From Haliotis rubra (Eukaryota): DNA of 64,000 nt. The notes below the pieces were generated by a model. That model saw only the letters and a list, made by a program, of their open reading frames with translations. It was not told the origin of the DNA and did no database searches. Positions 63,970 to 64,000 of the stretch are shown here, in pieces. The stretch is from the NCBI RefSeq assembly GCF_003918875.1, contig NW_025767379.1:868001-932000 (forward strand), given 5' to 3'. Numbering within the stretch: the first letter of the stretch is position 1; every line of letters starts with the position of its first letter. The position numbers and the translations under genes were made by a program.

Positions 63970-64000
63970 GTCTTCAGTGTCCAGGACAGGTAATTTATCT
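63970..64000 (-). CDS. possible 3' end of an upstream exon (DKLPVLDTED), truncated by the window
   Basis: GTAGGT donor at 63969; phase 0 matches the next exon. Confidence 0.45.

Overview
Eukaryotic, repeat-rich animal DNA. It is probably from a gastropod mollusc such as abalone, inferred only from the SINE/LINE repertoire and gene types. (1) 1-22 kb is a tandem cluster of four intronless RING-B-box-coiled-coil (TRIM) genes with no C-terminal effector domain. One is frameshifted and two come from a recent ~6-kb tandem duplication (9762-15793 / 15796-22213). (2) ~24.6-58.6 kb is a plus-strand AJM1 (apical junction component 1)-like gene. It has a giant ~8.6-kb coding exon that the supplied sequence breaks with at least one frameshift, a 10.9-kb intron, and a terminal exon encoding the conserved MYND-like AJM1 domain. 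Splice-phase analysis suggests three mutually exclusive C-termini: a PDZ-ligand-like ...STCF*, a PDZ-ligand-like ...ETTV*, or the AJM1 domain. The giant exon also carries ~19 internal E-T-x-I/L-D motifs. (3) 61.5-64 kb holds three phase-compatible 3' exons of an unidentified convergent minus-strand gene. Interspersed are two tRNA-related SINE families, L2 and RTE-X-like LINE remnants, several MITEs (one with a paralogous empty site), 39-, 56- and 34-bp minisatellites, and three palindromes carrying Penelope-type minimal hammerhead ribozyme motifs. All alignments and counts were done by eye and are approximate.
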